Virus record (IMG/VR): IMGVR_UViG_3300035494_000240
Span: 1-25,385 of that record
Direction: 5' to 3' (one strand)
DNA: 25,385 nucleotides
From: a virus
Taxonomy: Duplodnaviria > Caudoviricetes
The translations under genes were made by a program, and so were the position numbers. This document shows, piece by piece, positions 1-8,709 of the stretch (position 1 is the stretch's first letter; each line of letters opens with the position of its first letter). The notes below the pieces were generated by a model. The model saw only the letters and a program-made list of their open reading frames with translations, searched no databases and was not told the origin of the DNA.

Positions 1-558
1 ATGTTGATTACACGTGAACGCCAAAAGCTCATCAATGCCGTGATCTTCTTTTCGGAGAACGTTCGTCATTGTGGCAAAGTGAAGCTGTTCAAGCTTTTGT
101 ACTTCCTGGACTTTGAGCACTACAAGGTAACTGGTCGAAGTGTGACTGGTATGGAATATTCTGCCTGGAAGATGGGGCCTGTTCCTGTTTCCTTGTTCGA
201 GGAAATTGAGTCCCCAGAGCCTGATATGGCTGCAGCTATCAGTTTCTCAAATTTGCCTGTGCGAGGTGGCAAGCAGGCAATGCTCAGCATAGAGCCAAAG
301 TCGGAATTTGACACTACGTTCTTCAGCAAGCGAGAGATTCAGCTGATGCAAGCATTGGCGGACGAATACTGTTCATCCAAAGCTGAAGAGATGGTAGAGG
401 CCACTCATCTTGAAAACCTGCCTTGGGACAAAGTCTATAACCAGCAGGGACGCAAGCAGGACGTCATTCCGTACGAGCTTGCACTGCGAGCACAAGAATA
501 TGAACAAATGTTGCAAGTTGCTCAAGAGCGCATGGAAGCAATGGAGGTTTTGCGGTGA
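1..558 (+). CDS. Panacea-domain (DUF4065/SocA-GepA-like) antitoxin
   Basis: KLFKLLYFLD...Y.AWKMGPVP and THLENLPW motifs typical of Panacea domains; GTGA overlap with downstream gene. Confidence 0.85.
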   Translation: MLITRERQKLINAVIFFSENVRHCGKVKLFKLLYFLDFEHYKVTGRSVTGMEYSAWKMGPVPVSLFEEIESPEPDMAAAISFSNLPVRGGKQAMLSIEPKSEFDTTFFSKREIQLMQALADEYCSSKAEEMVEATHLENLPWDKVYNQQGRKQDVIPYELALRAQEYEQMLQVAQERMEAMEVLR

Positions 559-962
559 CGCCAGGAACGGTGTTTTTTGATGAGCAGTTCACATTTCATG
601 ACGGGGAAACAAAGCCAAAGCTGTTCGTAGTCCTCGGATCAAAGGATGGTGTTACGATTGTTTCTAAAACCACCTCCAAGCAGCACAGTCGTGGTAATAC
701 CTTTGGCTGTCAGCCGGAAGACAGGTTTCACAATTTTTACCTGCCGCGGGGGTGCTGTCACCTCAATGAATGTACCTGGGTTTGTCTTGATGAGTTCTAT
801 GACCTAAACATCAATGACTTGCTCCAGCGTCATTTTCAGGGAACAGTACGCAGGATTTGTGAGCTTCCGCAAGAGATGACACCTGATCTGCTAAAGTGCG
901 CCTTGGAAAGCCTGGACATCACTGCTTTCCAGGAAGAGGCCGTTGGTGCGAGTTTGAGCTAG
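555..962 (+). CDS. putative PemK/MazF-fold toxin of a Panacea TA pair
   Basis: PGTVFF...F.DGETKPKLFVVL...IVSKTTSK...WVCLDEF...RRICELP pattern aligns by eye with the MazF/PemK consensus; coupled to the antitoxin. Confidence 0.55.
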   Translation: MTPGTVFFDEQFTFHDGETKPKLFVVLGSKDGVTIVSKTTSKQHSRGNTFGCQPEDRFHNFYLPRGCCHLNECTWVCLDEFYDLNINDLLQRHFQGTVRRICELPQEMTPDLLKCALESLDITAFQEEAVGASLS

Positions 963-987
963 TCAATATCTGCACATACGGCCAGCA

Positions 988-2178
988 TCACCCAAAATCA
1001 CCACCTATTTGCTGCTCAGTGAAGGCGATCTCAACCGCTTCATACGGCAACTCGTGTCCTTCCTGGTAAAGCCTGGTCATCTCTTCAGATGAGTGAGCCA
1101 TTGCGTGCTGAATCGTCTTGATATGGTATCCAGCATCGGCAGCCAGTTTATCGGCCAGCGATCGGACATGGTGGAAGCCCGGTGCATCTTCGCCGGTGAA
1201 GCCCGCATGCTTGCGTGACTCATCAAACATGGCAATCAGCCGGCGCGGTGTAACCTGTGCAACGTGCGTTTTCGTTTTGCCCATTCGTCGCTGCTTGGGC
1301 CAATGGCTGATGACATAGGGGCAGCGGCGGTTCTGCAGTGACAGGATCCGAGAGCGCTGGATCAGCTTGCGCAGCAGTTGGTAATTGCCTAGGTCCCATT
1401 TCAGACGCGCAGCCTTGGCGCTGCCTTTCTGGTTCTCAGACTTCCCGATCACCCGCTTCATTAAGTTGTCCTCGACATCCTCATCCAGGCGCAGGTCGCA
1501 GATATCGCCCTCGCGCATGAACGTCAGCAGGCTGATGCCCATGGCGATCTGCAGGCACTCATAGCCCAGCTCGCCGGCGCTGCTGTAAATCGCCCAGAAT
1601 CCATCACGGGTCAGGCGCTTTGCCTTTCGGGATGGCTGGCTGCGGGTGTACAGGCGCGGTCGGTCATCGGCTGTGGTGAAAGGGTTGTAATCCATCTTTG
1701 GCAGCAGCCCGCGCCCCATCAGGTAATTGAAGAACTTCCGGAACTCAGCATGCCGGGCTTTCTGTTGATGGTGGGAAAGCGTATCCCACCAATTATCGAC
1801 GTCCGATCGGCCCAGCTGGGAAACCTGCTTGGTCAGGGTGCGCGTGAACTGTCGGAGTGAGTAACAGCGATTTCGCCAGCTGCGCTTTGTCTTCAAGTCG
1901 GGAGACTGCCTTTCCCGGTAGCTGATGAAGTCATCGACATAGTGGGCAAGAGTGCCAAACTGCCCAGCCTTTGGCTGTGCTGGCACGTAGCTATCACGGC
2001 GTTCATTGTTGTGTCGCGCGATGTAATTGGCAGCATCCACTGACTCGGCTGTGAAGTGCCTGAACGTGCCGTCCGGGCGTTTGTATCGCCAATGACCCTC
2101 TCTACCCCGGTTATCGGGGTAGAGGTTGTCTTCCAGTTTCACTCCGTTGAATGTACGGTTCTTTTTCGGACGAGCCAT
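988..2178 (-). CDS. int: phage integrase (tyrosine recombinase)
   Basis: Catalytic R (FMREGDI), HxxR (FHHVRS), H/Y (AHSSEEMTRLY); lambda-like N-terminal arm-binding region (NLY...WRYKRPDG); ATG 2178 preceded by GGAGAGG. Confidence 0.92.
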   Translation of the reverse strand: MARPKKNRTFNGVKLEDNLYPDNRGREGHWRYKRPDGTFRHFTAESVDAANYIARHNNERRDSYVPAQPKAGQFGTLAHYVDDFISYRERQSPDLKTKRSWRNRCYSLRQFTRTLTKQVSQLGRSDVDNWWDTLSHHQQKARHAEFRKFFNYLMGRGLLPKMDYNPFTTADDRPRLYTRSQPSRKAKRLTRDGFWAIYSSAGELGYECLQIAMGISLLTFMREGDICDLRLDEDVEDNLMKRVIGKSENQKGSAKAARLKWDLGNYQLLRKLIQRSRILSLQNRRCPYVISHWPKQRRMGKTKTHVAQVTPRRLIAMFDESRKHAGFTGEDAPGFHHVRSLADKLAADAGYHIKTIQHAMAHSSEEMTRLYQEGHELPYEAVEIAFTEQQIGGDFG

Positions 2179-2205
2179 CAGGCAAAGCCTCTCCAATCAT
2201 CAGGT

Positions 2206-2418
2206 TTAACCCAGTAAGTCTGGTACACAATCACCAGGGCCGCTCGAGGGTAACTCGGTATAGGCGGCGATCTGGTCTTCATCGATATAGGTTTGCTCCC
2301 CCATGATCCGACCGTTAACAACCCCATTGCGGATCATCTCACGCCACTCAGCCTGAGAAGGCCTGGAGCTGGGAGCAAAGTACCGTCGATTCACGGTCCT
2401 CCACTTCTGTAACTGCAT
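2206..2418 (-). CDS. putative excisionase
   Basis: 70 aa, directly upstream of int, winged-helix-like pattern (RPS..EW..MIRNG.V.G...G..TYID). Confidence 0.65.
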   Translation of the reverse strand: MQLQKWRTVNRRYFAPSSRPSQAEWREMIRNGVVNGRIMGEQTYIDEDQIAAYTELPSSGPGDCVPDLLG

Positions 2419-2419
2419 G

Positions 2420-2491
2420 TTAGCGTTTCCTCTTCTTACCGTGTCCGTTCATCTCTCTGCAGGCGCGCCGCCAGTCCCAGTGATAACTCAT
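2420..2491 (-). CDS. 23-aa basic micro-ORF MSYHWDWRRACREMNGHGKKRKR
   Basis: ATGA overlap with the MTase stop, AGGAG RBS, stop 1 nt before the xis ATG; fills the gap exactly. Confidence 0.45.
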   Translation of the reverse strand: MSYHWDWRRACREMNGHGKKRKR

Positions 2492-4170
2492 GCGGTTGCT
2501 CCTGTTTCAATGCTGGCTGCGATCTGTAGAGGCCGCACCCAAATCGGCGTGCTGCCGAGTACAAAGGTTTCGCCGGCGCGAGCCAGCAGGATGGTGGTGG
2601 CCATCACGTTGAAGATGGCGGTTGCCGCCGGTACTGGCACCATGTTCCCAATGCGCTCACGCCAGTGCATGTGGCTATTTCCAGTCAGGGTCAGGATGTC
2701 ATCTGCTGAAACCAGGCCCTGCAAGGCTGCCAACTCGAAGGTGGTAAAGGGTCGGTGCCATGTGCCGTCGAGCGACCGGATAACAGCGACAAGTTGATCC
2801 GTTTGGTCGGGCAGCTTGGCGTGTTCAGCCCGGGGGTCGGCGACGGAGAACGGTCCATTGTCATGCCGGCCGGCAGCGGTGACGGCACCGGCGCTTGAGT
2901 GCCAGCCAACAACGCCGTAGTGGCCGCCGGTCAGGTAGTGATCGCCAGGCTTACGACTCATTCCCGGGCGCGGGTCTGCTACTGCAAACGCACCTTCACC
3001 GGTTGTGCTGGCTGCGATCACTGTGCCTGCAGATTCGTTGAACCGTGTGATTCGGTATTTGCCACCTGGCCAACGGTTTGCAGCAGGGCGAGGATCCTGG
3101 ACAGAAAACCGGCCTTGCCCCGGGCTGCGCTGACTGGTGATAGCTGGAGCATGACCGCTCCAAGGCACAACACCAAACTGACTATATTCGGCGCCCTGGT
3201 ACCGCGGATCTGCGATTGAATGTGCGCCGTTGGTCGGGCCGCTTCTGCCTGTTACGGTGCCGGTTGGTTGGTCCCATTTCCGTACACCCAGGTAACCGCC
3301 ATGTGCTTCAGGAACGATCAAGTAATCACGCAGATGGCCATTGTCTATCGCGAGATCCTGCAGGCACCGCCAGTCCTTGCCCGCTTCAACGAAAGCGAGG
3401 CGAACCCAGGTGCGCCACTGAAGGTTAGGTACCTCGTGCATGGCACCGGCTGACGGGCAGCCGGGCAAGGGGAGTGTATCCAGCACCTGACCGACTGGGC
3501 AGAGTGGGTGGGTTACCGGCTCGTACAGGAATGGCGGCACCTTCTCCTGATGTCTGGCGACCAGCAGGAAGCGTTTCCGGCTCTGGGCCAGACCTCCAAT
3601 CTCCCCGCAGTCATGAGTGGTGCGCGCCACGGCATAACCGTATGTGCGCAGCAGCTCCTCAATCTGGTCGAGCAGGTGTTCGCCACGTGTCATGATGCGG
3701 GGAACGTTCTCGAGCAGGAAGAACTCAGCCGGATCGTCCTTGAACGCTTCCAGTGCCAGCCAGATGCCCCGTACCGTCAAGCGGTTCAGTGCCTGGTATT
3801 TGAGGCTCGTGGACTTGGTCTGGCTCAGCAGGCCAGAAAAGCCTTTGCACGGCGGTGACGTGAACACGATGTTTGGATGCTGACCTCCTGCAGCCGCAAG
3901 AATGTCCGCCGGCGAGGCCTCTTCCCAGTCTGCACCTGGTTCACGGCCATGCCAGTAGGCATATTGCTGGCGGTCAAACAGGTCCAGCACTGTGCCTTTT
4001 GCCCCGGTCAGGCAAGTGAAGTCTTTGATCGCTGCTGGCACTACATCCACACCGCCCAGGCATTCGGGGTCAGCCTCCATTGAGCCGACGCGTGCTTCGC
4101 CTCGGTTGAAACCCAGCGCACCACCGCCGATGCCACAGAACAGGTGGAAGTGTTTGATTGTTTCCTTCAC
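2488..4170 (-). CDS. phage orphan DNA (cytosine-5) methyltransferase with repeated TRD-like units
   Basis: Motif I LFCGIGGG, IV SPPCKGFS, VI LENVP, VIII QSRKR, X IGNMVP; GTG 4170 overlaps the upstream stop, GGAGG RBS. Confidence 0.9.
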   Translation of the reverse strand: MKETIKHFHLFCGIGGGALGFNRGEARVGSMEADPECLGGVDVVPAAIKDFTCLTGAKGTVLDLFDRQQYAYWHGREPGADWEEASPADILAAAGGQHPNIVFTSPPCKGFSGLLSQTKSTSLKYQALNRLTVRGIWLALEAFKDDPAEFFLLENVPRIMTRGEHLLDQIEELLRTYGYAVARTTHDCGEIGGLAQSRKRFLLVARHQEKVPPFLYEPVTHPLCPVGQVLDTLPLPGCPSAGAMHEVPNLQWRTWVRLAFVEAGKDWRCLQDLAIDNGHLRDYLIVPEAHGGYLGVRKWDQPTGTVTGRSGPTNGAHSIADPRYQGAEYSQFGVVPWSGHAPAITSQRSPGQGRFSVQDPRPAANRWPGGKYRITRFNESAGTVIAASTTGEGAFAVADPRPGMSRKPGDHYLTGGHYGVVGWHSSAGAVTAAGRHDNGPFSVADPRAEHAKLPDQTDQLVAVIRSLDGTWHRPFTTFELAALQGLVSADDILTLTGNSHMHWRERIGNMVPVPAATAIFNVMATTILLARAGETFVLGSTPIWVRPLQIAASIETGATA

Positions 4171-4811
4171 TGTCCTGCCTCCTTCGCCTGGTGGCGGAGT
4201 TGCCACCATTCGTCAAATCCCTGATCAGTGTTTGATCCTGGCTGGTTGTACCACCATCGGAAAAACTCGGTTGCTATCGGCTTGGCTTCACGTTCAATCA
4301 CTTCGGCATCGTGGGCTGCAAGACTTTGCACGGGTGTTTCATTGAGCGCTTCAGTCAACTCGTCAGCCACGCGATCAACAGTGTCTGCTAGCGCATCGGT
4401 GTTACCGGCACCAATAGCCCTGAGCAGTTCGACAATTTCGTCTGCGTCTTCAATAAGCGCGGTGGCCGGGTCGTCAACCCGCTGCAGCGCGGCCTTCAAC
4501 TGATCGCGCTCTTGCTTCAGCGCCATCACTGCCGTCTCGACGCTACCAAGGCCATCTTCACCAATCAGGCGCATCATCAGTTTTTCCCATTCCATTTCGG
4601 CGGCCTTGCAGCCGCGCAAACTCTCCACCTCGGCCTGCACCTGCTTCATTGCTTCACCCGGGTCTGATTCCAAGTGTTTTCGGGCCAGCGCTATCTGTTC
4701 GCGTAGGTGGCGCAGCTGCTTATCAGCGTCCCACTCATCGCTGATCCGGTCAGCGAACATCAGCGTATCCAGTGCCAGCAGCATGACGGCGGTTCTGCTA
4801 TCGGTTTTCAT
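4167..4811 (-). CDS. hypothetical coiled-coil phage protein
   Basis: 214-aa ORF coupled by 4-nt overlaps at both ends; Trp-rich C-terminus. Confidence 0.7.
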   Translation of the reverse strand: MKTDSRTAVMLLALDTLMFADRISDEWDADKQLRHLREQIALARKHLESDPGEAMKQVQAEVESLRGCKAAEMEWEKLMMRLIGEDGLGSVETAVMALKQERDQLKAALQRVDDPATALIEDADEIVELLRAIGAGNTDALADTVDRVADELTEALNETPVQSLAAHDAEVIEREAKPIATEFFRWWYNQPGSNTDQGFDEWWQLRHQAKEAGQ

Positions 4812-5011
4812 CCCTTCATCCTCACACTGTGCTCATAACGCTGTGCGCACTCGGCGCCACAGAACAGGCGCTCACCAGAAAGCTCTTCAGCGCACCAGTG
4901 GCAGCAGCCATCCGGAATAGGGCGCGGCGTTGTATTGGCCTGCAGACTGTGCAGCGAGTGATTGAGTTGTTGCTCGGCGTAATCGTTGGCGATATCGGCT
5001 TCGTCTGCCAT
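4808..5011 (-). CDS. TraR/DksA-like C4 zinc-finger protein
   Basis: N-terminal DEADIA (DxxDxA) motif and CHWC...FCGAEC; GGAGA RBS. Confidence 0.75.
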   Translation of the reverse strand: MADEADIANDYAEQQLNHSLHSLQANTTPRPIPDGCCHWCAEELSGERLFCGAECAQRYEHSVRMKG

Positions 5012-5081
5012 GTGGTCTCTCCGTGTTGTTTGGTGAGGCACCTGCTGCTGCAGATGCCGTCAATGCAAGTCGGGCAGGGCA

Positions 5082-5720
5082 TCAGCCCAGAACCATCCGC
5101 TGTCCGTTATGCTGCAGCTCCCCGACCACTCCCGCTTTCTCCATGATGTCGACCAGGCGGGCAGCTCGGTTGTAGCCGATCTTCAGCTCACGCTGCAGGG
5201 CAGAGATCGACACCTTGCCTTCCTCGGTAACAAAGTCCACGGCCTCGTCGTAGAGATCATCAGATGCTGAGTCGAGCAGGTCCGGCTGGTCTTCATCGGC
5301 GGTTGGCTTATCACCCTCTGAGCCTGCGTATTCGCCCAAACCAGGCAGGATGATCATCACCATTTCGCCGGTGTTGTCGGCCAGCTCGTGGGCACCGGAT
5401 GGCGCGCCTTCCTGGTGAACGTCACGCTCGATCGATAGCTTGGCTTCGATGCCGCGCTTGAATACCACCTGGTCGACTTTGCCCAGCACGTACGGGCGGT
5501 CATCGGCGGCGATGGTCTTCACGCAGCTGGTCACCAGCTCTTTGATCTGACGATCAATGGAGTCGATGAAGTCCTGTTGCTGCTCTTCGTTCATCTTCTG
5601 CCAGACGTTCGGCAGGGCCTTGCAGGTGTTGATCACAACGCCCATCAGGTCGGTGTGCATGGTGTGGGCGGAGGTGCTGAAAATGCCGTCTTCAAGTTCA
5701 ATCATGGCTGCAGAGTTCAT
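5082..5720 (-). CDS. phage protein with C-terminal FtsK gamma (winged-helix) domain
   Basis: [11 protein letters not shown]...[30 protein letters not shown] is the FtsK-gamma signature; no motor domain. Confidence 0.88.
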   Translation of the reverse strand: MNSAAMIELEDGIFSTSAHTMHTDLMGVVINTCKALPNVWQKMNEEQQQDFIDSIDRQIKELVTSCVKTIAADDRPYVLGKVDQVVFKRGIEAKLSIERDVHQEGAPSGAHELADNTGEMVMIILPGLGEYAGSEGDKPTADEDQPDLLDSASDDLYDEAVDFVTEEGKVSISALQRELKIGYNRAARLVDIMEKAGVVGELQHNGQRMVLG

Positions 5721-5744
5721 GTGTGATTCCTGTAGTAGTGAGGG

Positions 5745-6794
5745 TTACTGCTTGCGGAAAATGGCGCCGCCATAGGCAATCGCAATCAATCCGTTGGGGG
5801 TCCAGATGCCGAACGGCTCATTCATGGCGTTGGTCGATAGCAGGATGGCCTGAGCTTCTGCCTCTGCCTGGGTGCATTCGGCGATGGCTGCAGCCCGGGG
5901 ATCATCCAGTGGGCCATAGGCATGCTTCTGAGCCTGCTGTACCGGTTCGGCCGTGGCCGCTTCAGGTAGTGGTTCCGGAGTCGGTTCGGGCTCTGGTGCC
6001 GGAGCCGGCGCCTGCTGCTGGGCTTCGGCTTTGCGGAGGGCTTCCTCTTCGGCGCGGCGCTGCTCGGCTTCAAACTGCTTGCGGCTGCGTTCTTCGGCGA
6101 CTTTCTGGCGTTCCAGCTCTGAAGCGATCATGGTCTGCAGGCGCTGGCCGTACTCTTCGTCAGAGGCAAACAGGAACGTCTCAACGTGTGCTCGGGTGAG
6201 CGGGGCGGCAAGGCCGGCACGGTAGCTGTCGTTTTCCAGCAGGTGCAGACGGATCTGGGTCTGCTGCTGAAGGTTGCGATCGGCATTCACACGGATGACC
6301 AACTCATTCTTGGCCGTGGCCGACAGCTTGCCGGTCTTGGTCAGGGTGCTAAGCTTTACCAGGTCATCGATCTGAGCGCGGCGGAACTCGTCAGCCACTT
6401 CCTGCTCGGTCCACAAGGCCGAACGGGCAGTTTCCAGAGCCGTTTTTGCTTTGGCTTTGGTCTCATCCTCGAATACCTGCACCTGGTCCAGCAACTTCTG
6501 GCGACCCTCTTTGCACATTTTCTCCAGGGACTTGGCCTGATCTTCGAATTGGCGGATCGGGCCGCTGACCTCAGCCACGGCTTCACGGCGGCGCTTGCTG
6601 ATCTCGGCAGCCAGTTTGTTCAGCTCCGTGGCCAGCTTCTTGCTGCCGGCAAGCGTGTCAGCAGTGACAACCACGTCGTACTGTTCCAGCTCGCTTTCAA
6701 GCCAGGCACGGGTCTCCTCAAAGTTGAACGCGATTGCAGCAGGGGTGGCGCTGACGCTGATCAGCGTGGTGCTTTCGGTAACAGGGGCGTTCAT
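5745..6794 (-). CDS. DUF1351-family coiled-coil protein
   Basis: FNFEE...VVT.DT....KKL.TELNK....I..RR......P...FE...K pattern; Pro/Glu linker; adjacent to RecT. Confidence 0.75.
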   Translation of the reverse strand: MNAPVTESTTLISVSATPAAIAFNFEETRAWLESELEQYDVVVTADTLAGSKKLATELNKLAAEISKRRREAVAEVSGPIRQFEDQAKSLEKMCKEGRQKLLDQVQVFEDETKAKAKTALETARSALWTEQEVADEFRRAQIDDLVKLSTLTKTGKLSATAKNELVIRVNADRNLQQQTQIRLHLLENDSYRAGLAAPLTRAHVETFLFASDEEYGQRLQTMIASELERQKVAEERSRKQFEAEQRRAEEEALRKAEAQQQAPAPAPEPEPTPEPLPEAATAEPVQQAQKHAYGPLDDPRAAAIAECTQAEAEAQAILLSTNAMNEPFGIWTPNGLIAIAYGGAIFRKQ

Positions 6795-7831
6795 GCTTGC
6801 TCTCCGTTCAGGGTGTCTTTCTTGGCTTGGTAGGCACGTTTCACGTCGATCAGGTCGACCTCCGGGTGATCTTCCGCGAATTCCTTGATGTCCTGCCCCC
6901 AGTGGCCCAGCTCTTCAGCGTTGGTGCACTCCTTGATACCGTCGATCATTGTCTGGATGGCGCTGGAATAGTCCCGGTCCGGTTGCTGCGGCTCGCCAAA
7001 GTCGGGCATATCTGGCTGTGCTTCGGCTGCTTGCTGCACCGGTGCCGGTTCGGCATCAATCGGGGCGCGGGTCTTCTTCACCCGGTTCTTGAGCGAGCTG
7101 GCCGGTGTCGCGCTGGTGTCGACGGGGTTGATCTCACGCTCTGGCGGCGGATCGACCGGCTCGAATTCATCCGGGGTATAGATACCCAGGATCACATCCG
7201 GACAGTAACGCCGTGCGAACTTCTTCAGTGCGGCATAGCTGATCTGCTGCTGCGGGTCTGTTGCCCACTGGGTTGAAAAGCGCGGATAGCACTGCGTCAT
7301 CAGCAGCTTGAGCTCGCGGGCTTCTTCTTCGCCGCGAAGTCGTGCCCTGACAATGACGCCAAGACCTGCTTCGTCAGTAGCGTTCCATCCGGCGACATAA
7401 TACTTACCGCCTTTGTCGGACTTGCGCTCCTGCACCTTGCCCAGAATCTTGTCCCAGTCACCAAAGAACTCGTAATCTGGACGACCATCGAACGGGCCAT
7501 TTGAGGTGATGACCGCGTTGACCAGCTGCGCCTCATATCCCAGCTGTCCGCCTTGGGTAAGGTGTGTCTTCTGAGCTACGGCAAATGGGTTCATGCCCCA
7601 CTGGGCGGCCTGCATCACCACTGCCATACAGTCGGCTTTGTTCTTGCGAAGATGCTGGGGCACTGTTGCAACACCGCCGGCCATCATGTTGGCGAAGCTA
7701 TCGAGCGCCTGCATGATCTGTGGGTTCATCAGCATATTGGCCGTGTGCGTGGCATAGGGCGCCTGCATGTCCGGCTGGTGTTCAGCCACAGCCTGGGGCT
7801 GTTGGTAGGCCTGAAGGGTGTTCTGGTTCAT
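6791..7831 (-). CDS. recT: RecT-family single-strand annealing protein
   Basis: ADCMAVVMQAAQWGMNPFAVAQKTH...GYEAQLVNAVI...W.TDPQQQ..Y...K.FARRYCPDVILGIYTPDE. Confidence 0.88.
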   Translation of the reverse strand: MNQNTLQAYQQPQAVAEHQPDMQAPYATHTANMLMNPQIMQALDSFANMMAGGVATVPQHLRKNKADCMAVVMQAAQWGMNPFAVAQKTHLTQGGQLGYEAQLVNAVITSNGPFDGRPDYEFFGDWDKILGKVQERKSDKGGKYYVAGWNATDEAGLGVIVRARLRGEEEARELKLLMTQCYPRFSTQWATDPQQQISYAALKKFARRYCPDVILGIYTPDEFEPVDPPPEREINPVDTSATPASSLKNRVKKTRAPIDAEPAPVQQAAEAQPDMPDFGEPQQPDRDYSSAIQTMIDGIKECTNAEELGHWGQDIKEFAEDHPEVDLIDVKRAYQAKKDTLNGEQA

Positions 7832-8709
7832 GAAAGTCTCCGTTCATCATTGCGAACCGCCCAGCCCGGCCGTTCCAGGCGGCGGATGTGTACCCAGTCA
7901 TCACTGACCCGGCACTGGTGATAGGTTTCGAGGGCTTCGCGGTACAGCTCATGGCCGCGGCGCACCCAGTCAGGATCGAGATCAACTACATCCACGGCGT
8001 AGCGACCGGCGCTGACGCTGGAGCTGACCGCCAGGAAGATGAACTCAGGCTCAACACCGAAGTGTTGGCGGTAGCCCTCGCAGTACATGGCGTGCTGGAC
8101 GTGGTAGCGGAAGCTCTCAACGTGCTTTTCGAACCGGTCGAGCCCGTCCACCTTCTTTACATCCACGATGATGTGGTGGTCTGTCAGGATCCGATCTGGA
8201 CGAACGCGGCACAGCTCGCCGGTCTGTTCGTCGGTCCAGTAGATCGAGGCCTCGTTCACACCCCGTTGCTCGAAGATCCACTGAGCGGTCGGGTGAGCCT
8301 GGACGCTATCCAGCATGATCTGCAGCTGGCGCCATTCGTCGGTGGTCATGATGATCTTGTCGTCATGCTCGATCTGGAACGCTTCCCACTCGGCCTTGCC
8401 GTCATTGGTGCGGCGGTTGAACTCCGGTGCCACGATGAACTGGCCGTCGAACTCGTGCGGCTCCAGCAGCAGGCAGTGCAGGGCGGTGCCGAAGTCCAGC
8501 GCCTTGGTTTTCTCCTGATCTACCGGGGCCGATTTTGACCAGGGCAAGGAAGAGGGACAGTGCGCGACCAGGTCCAGACCGCTCTTGCTGATACCGGGGC
8601 CAGAGTGGTACTCGGCATTGGTCAGACCGGTATAGAAGCCTGGGCCAATTGCGGTCGATGTTGTCTGCAGCTGCTCCTGCAGGTCAAACGGGTTGGCCGG
8701 GGCGTTCAT
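7828..8709 (-). CDS. recE: RecE/exonuclease VIII-like PD-(D/E)XK nuclease (DUF3799)
   Basis: YH..PGISKSGLD, GTALHCLLLEP, CRVRPD...IVDVK, YHVQHAMY; ATGA-coupled start at 8709. Confidence 0.85.
   Translation of the reverse strand: MNAPANPFDLQEQLQTTSTAIGPGFYTGLTNAEYHSGPGISKSGLDLVAHCPSSLPWSKSAPVDQEKTKALDFGTALHCLLLEPHEFDGQFIVAPEFNRRTNDGKAEWEAFQIEHDDKIIMTTDEWRQLQIMLDSVQAHPTAQWIFEQRGVNEASIYWTDEQTGELCRVRPDRILTDHHIIVDVKKVDGLDRFEKHVESFRYHVQHAMYCEGYRQHFGVEPEFIFLAVSSSVSAGRYAVDVVDLDPDWVRRGHELYREALETYHQCRVSDDWVHIRRLERPGWAVRNDERRLS

Noticed and set aside
963-987. Possible att core between the toxin gene and int
   Set aside because: No tRNA fragment or second copy in the window; needs the other prophage end.
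1205-1213. Partial operator matches GCATGCTTG in int, also near 21280 and 23479
   Set aside because: Incomplete palindromes inside coding regions; compatible with chance.
5072-5079. KOPS octamer GGGCAGGG right after the FtsK-gamma gene; other GGGNAGGG matches at 14514, 19177 and 21850
   Set aside because: About three per strand are expected by chance at this GC content and length; adjacency alone is not significant.
4822-5082. Cys-rich ORF ([15 protein letters not shown]...) starting at a TGATG overlap
   Set aside because: No RBS, and it mostly overlaps the TraR-like gene in another frame; cannot be supported.
5960-6030. Low-complexity GC repeats in the DUF1351 gene
   Set aside because: They encode a Pro/Ala/Glu linker.
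6186-8538. Long plus-strand ORFs (215, 159 and 216 aa) and similar antisense ORFs elsewhere, e.g. 19890-20582
   Set aside because: Shadow frames of recognisable genes in GC-rich DNA; no motifs.
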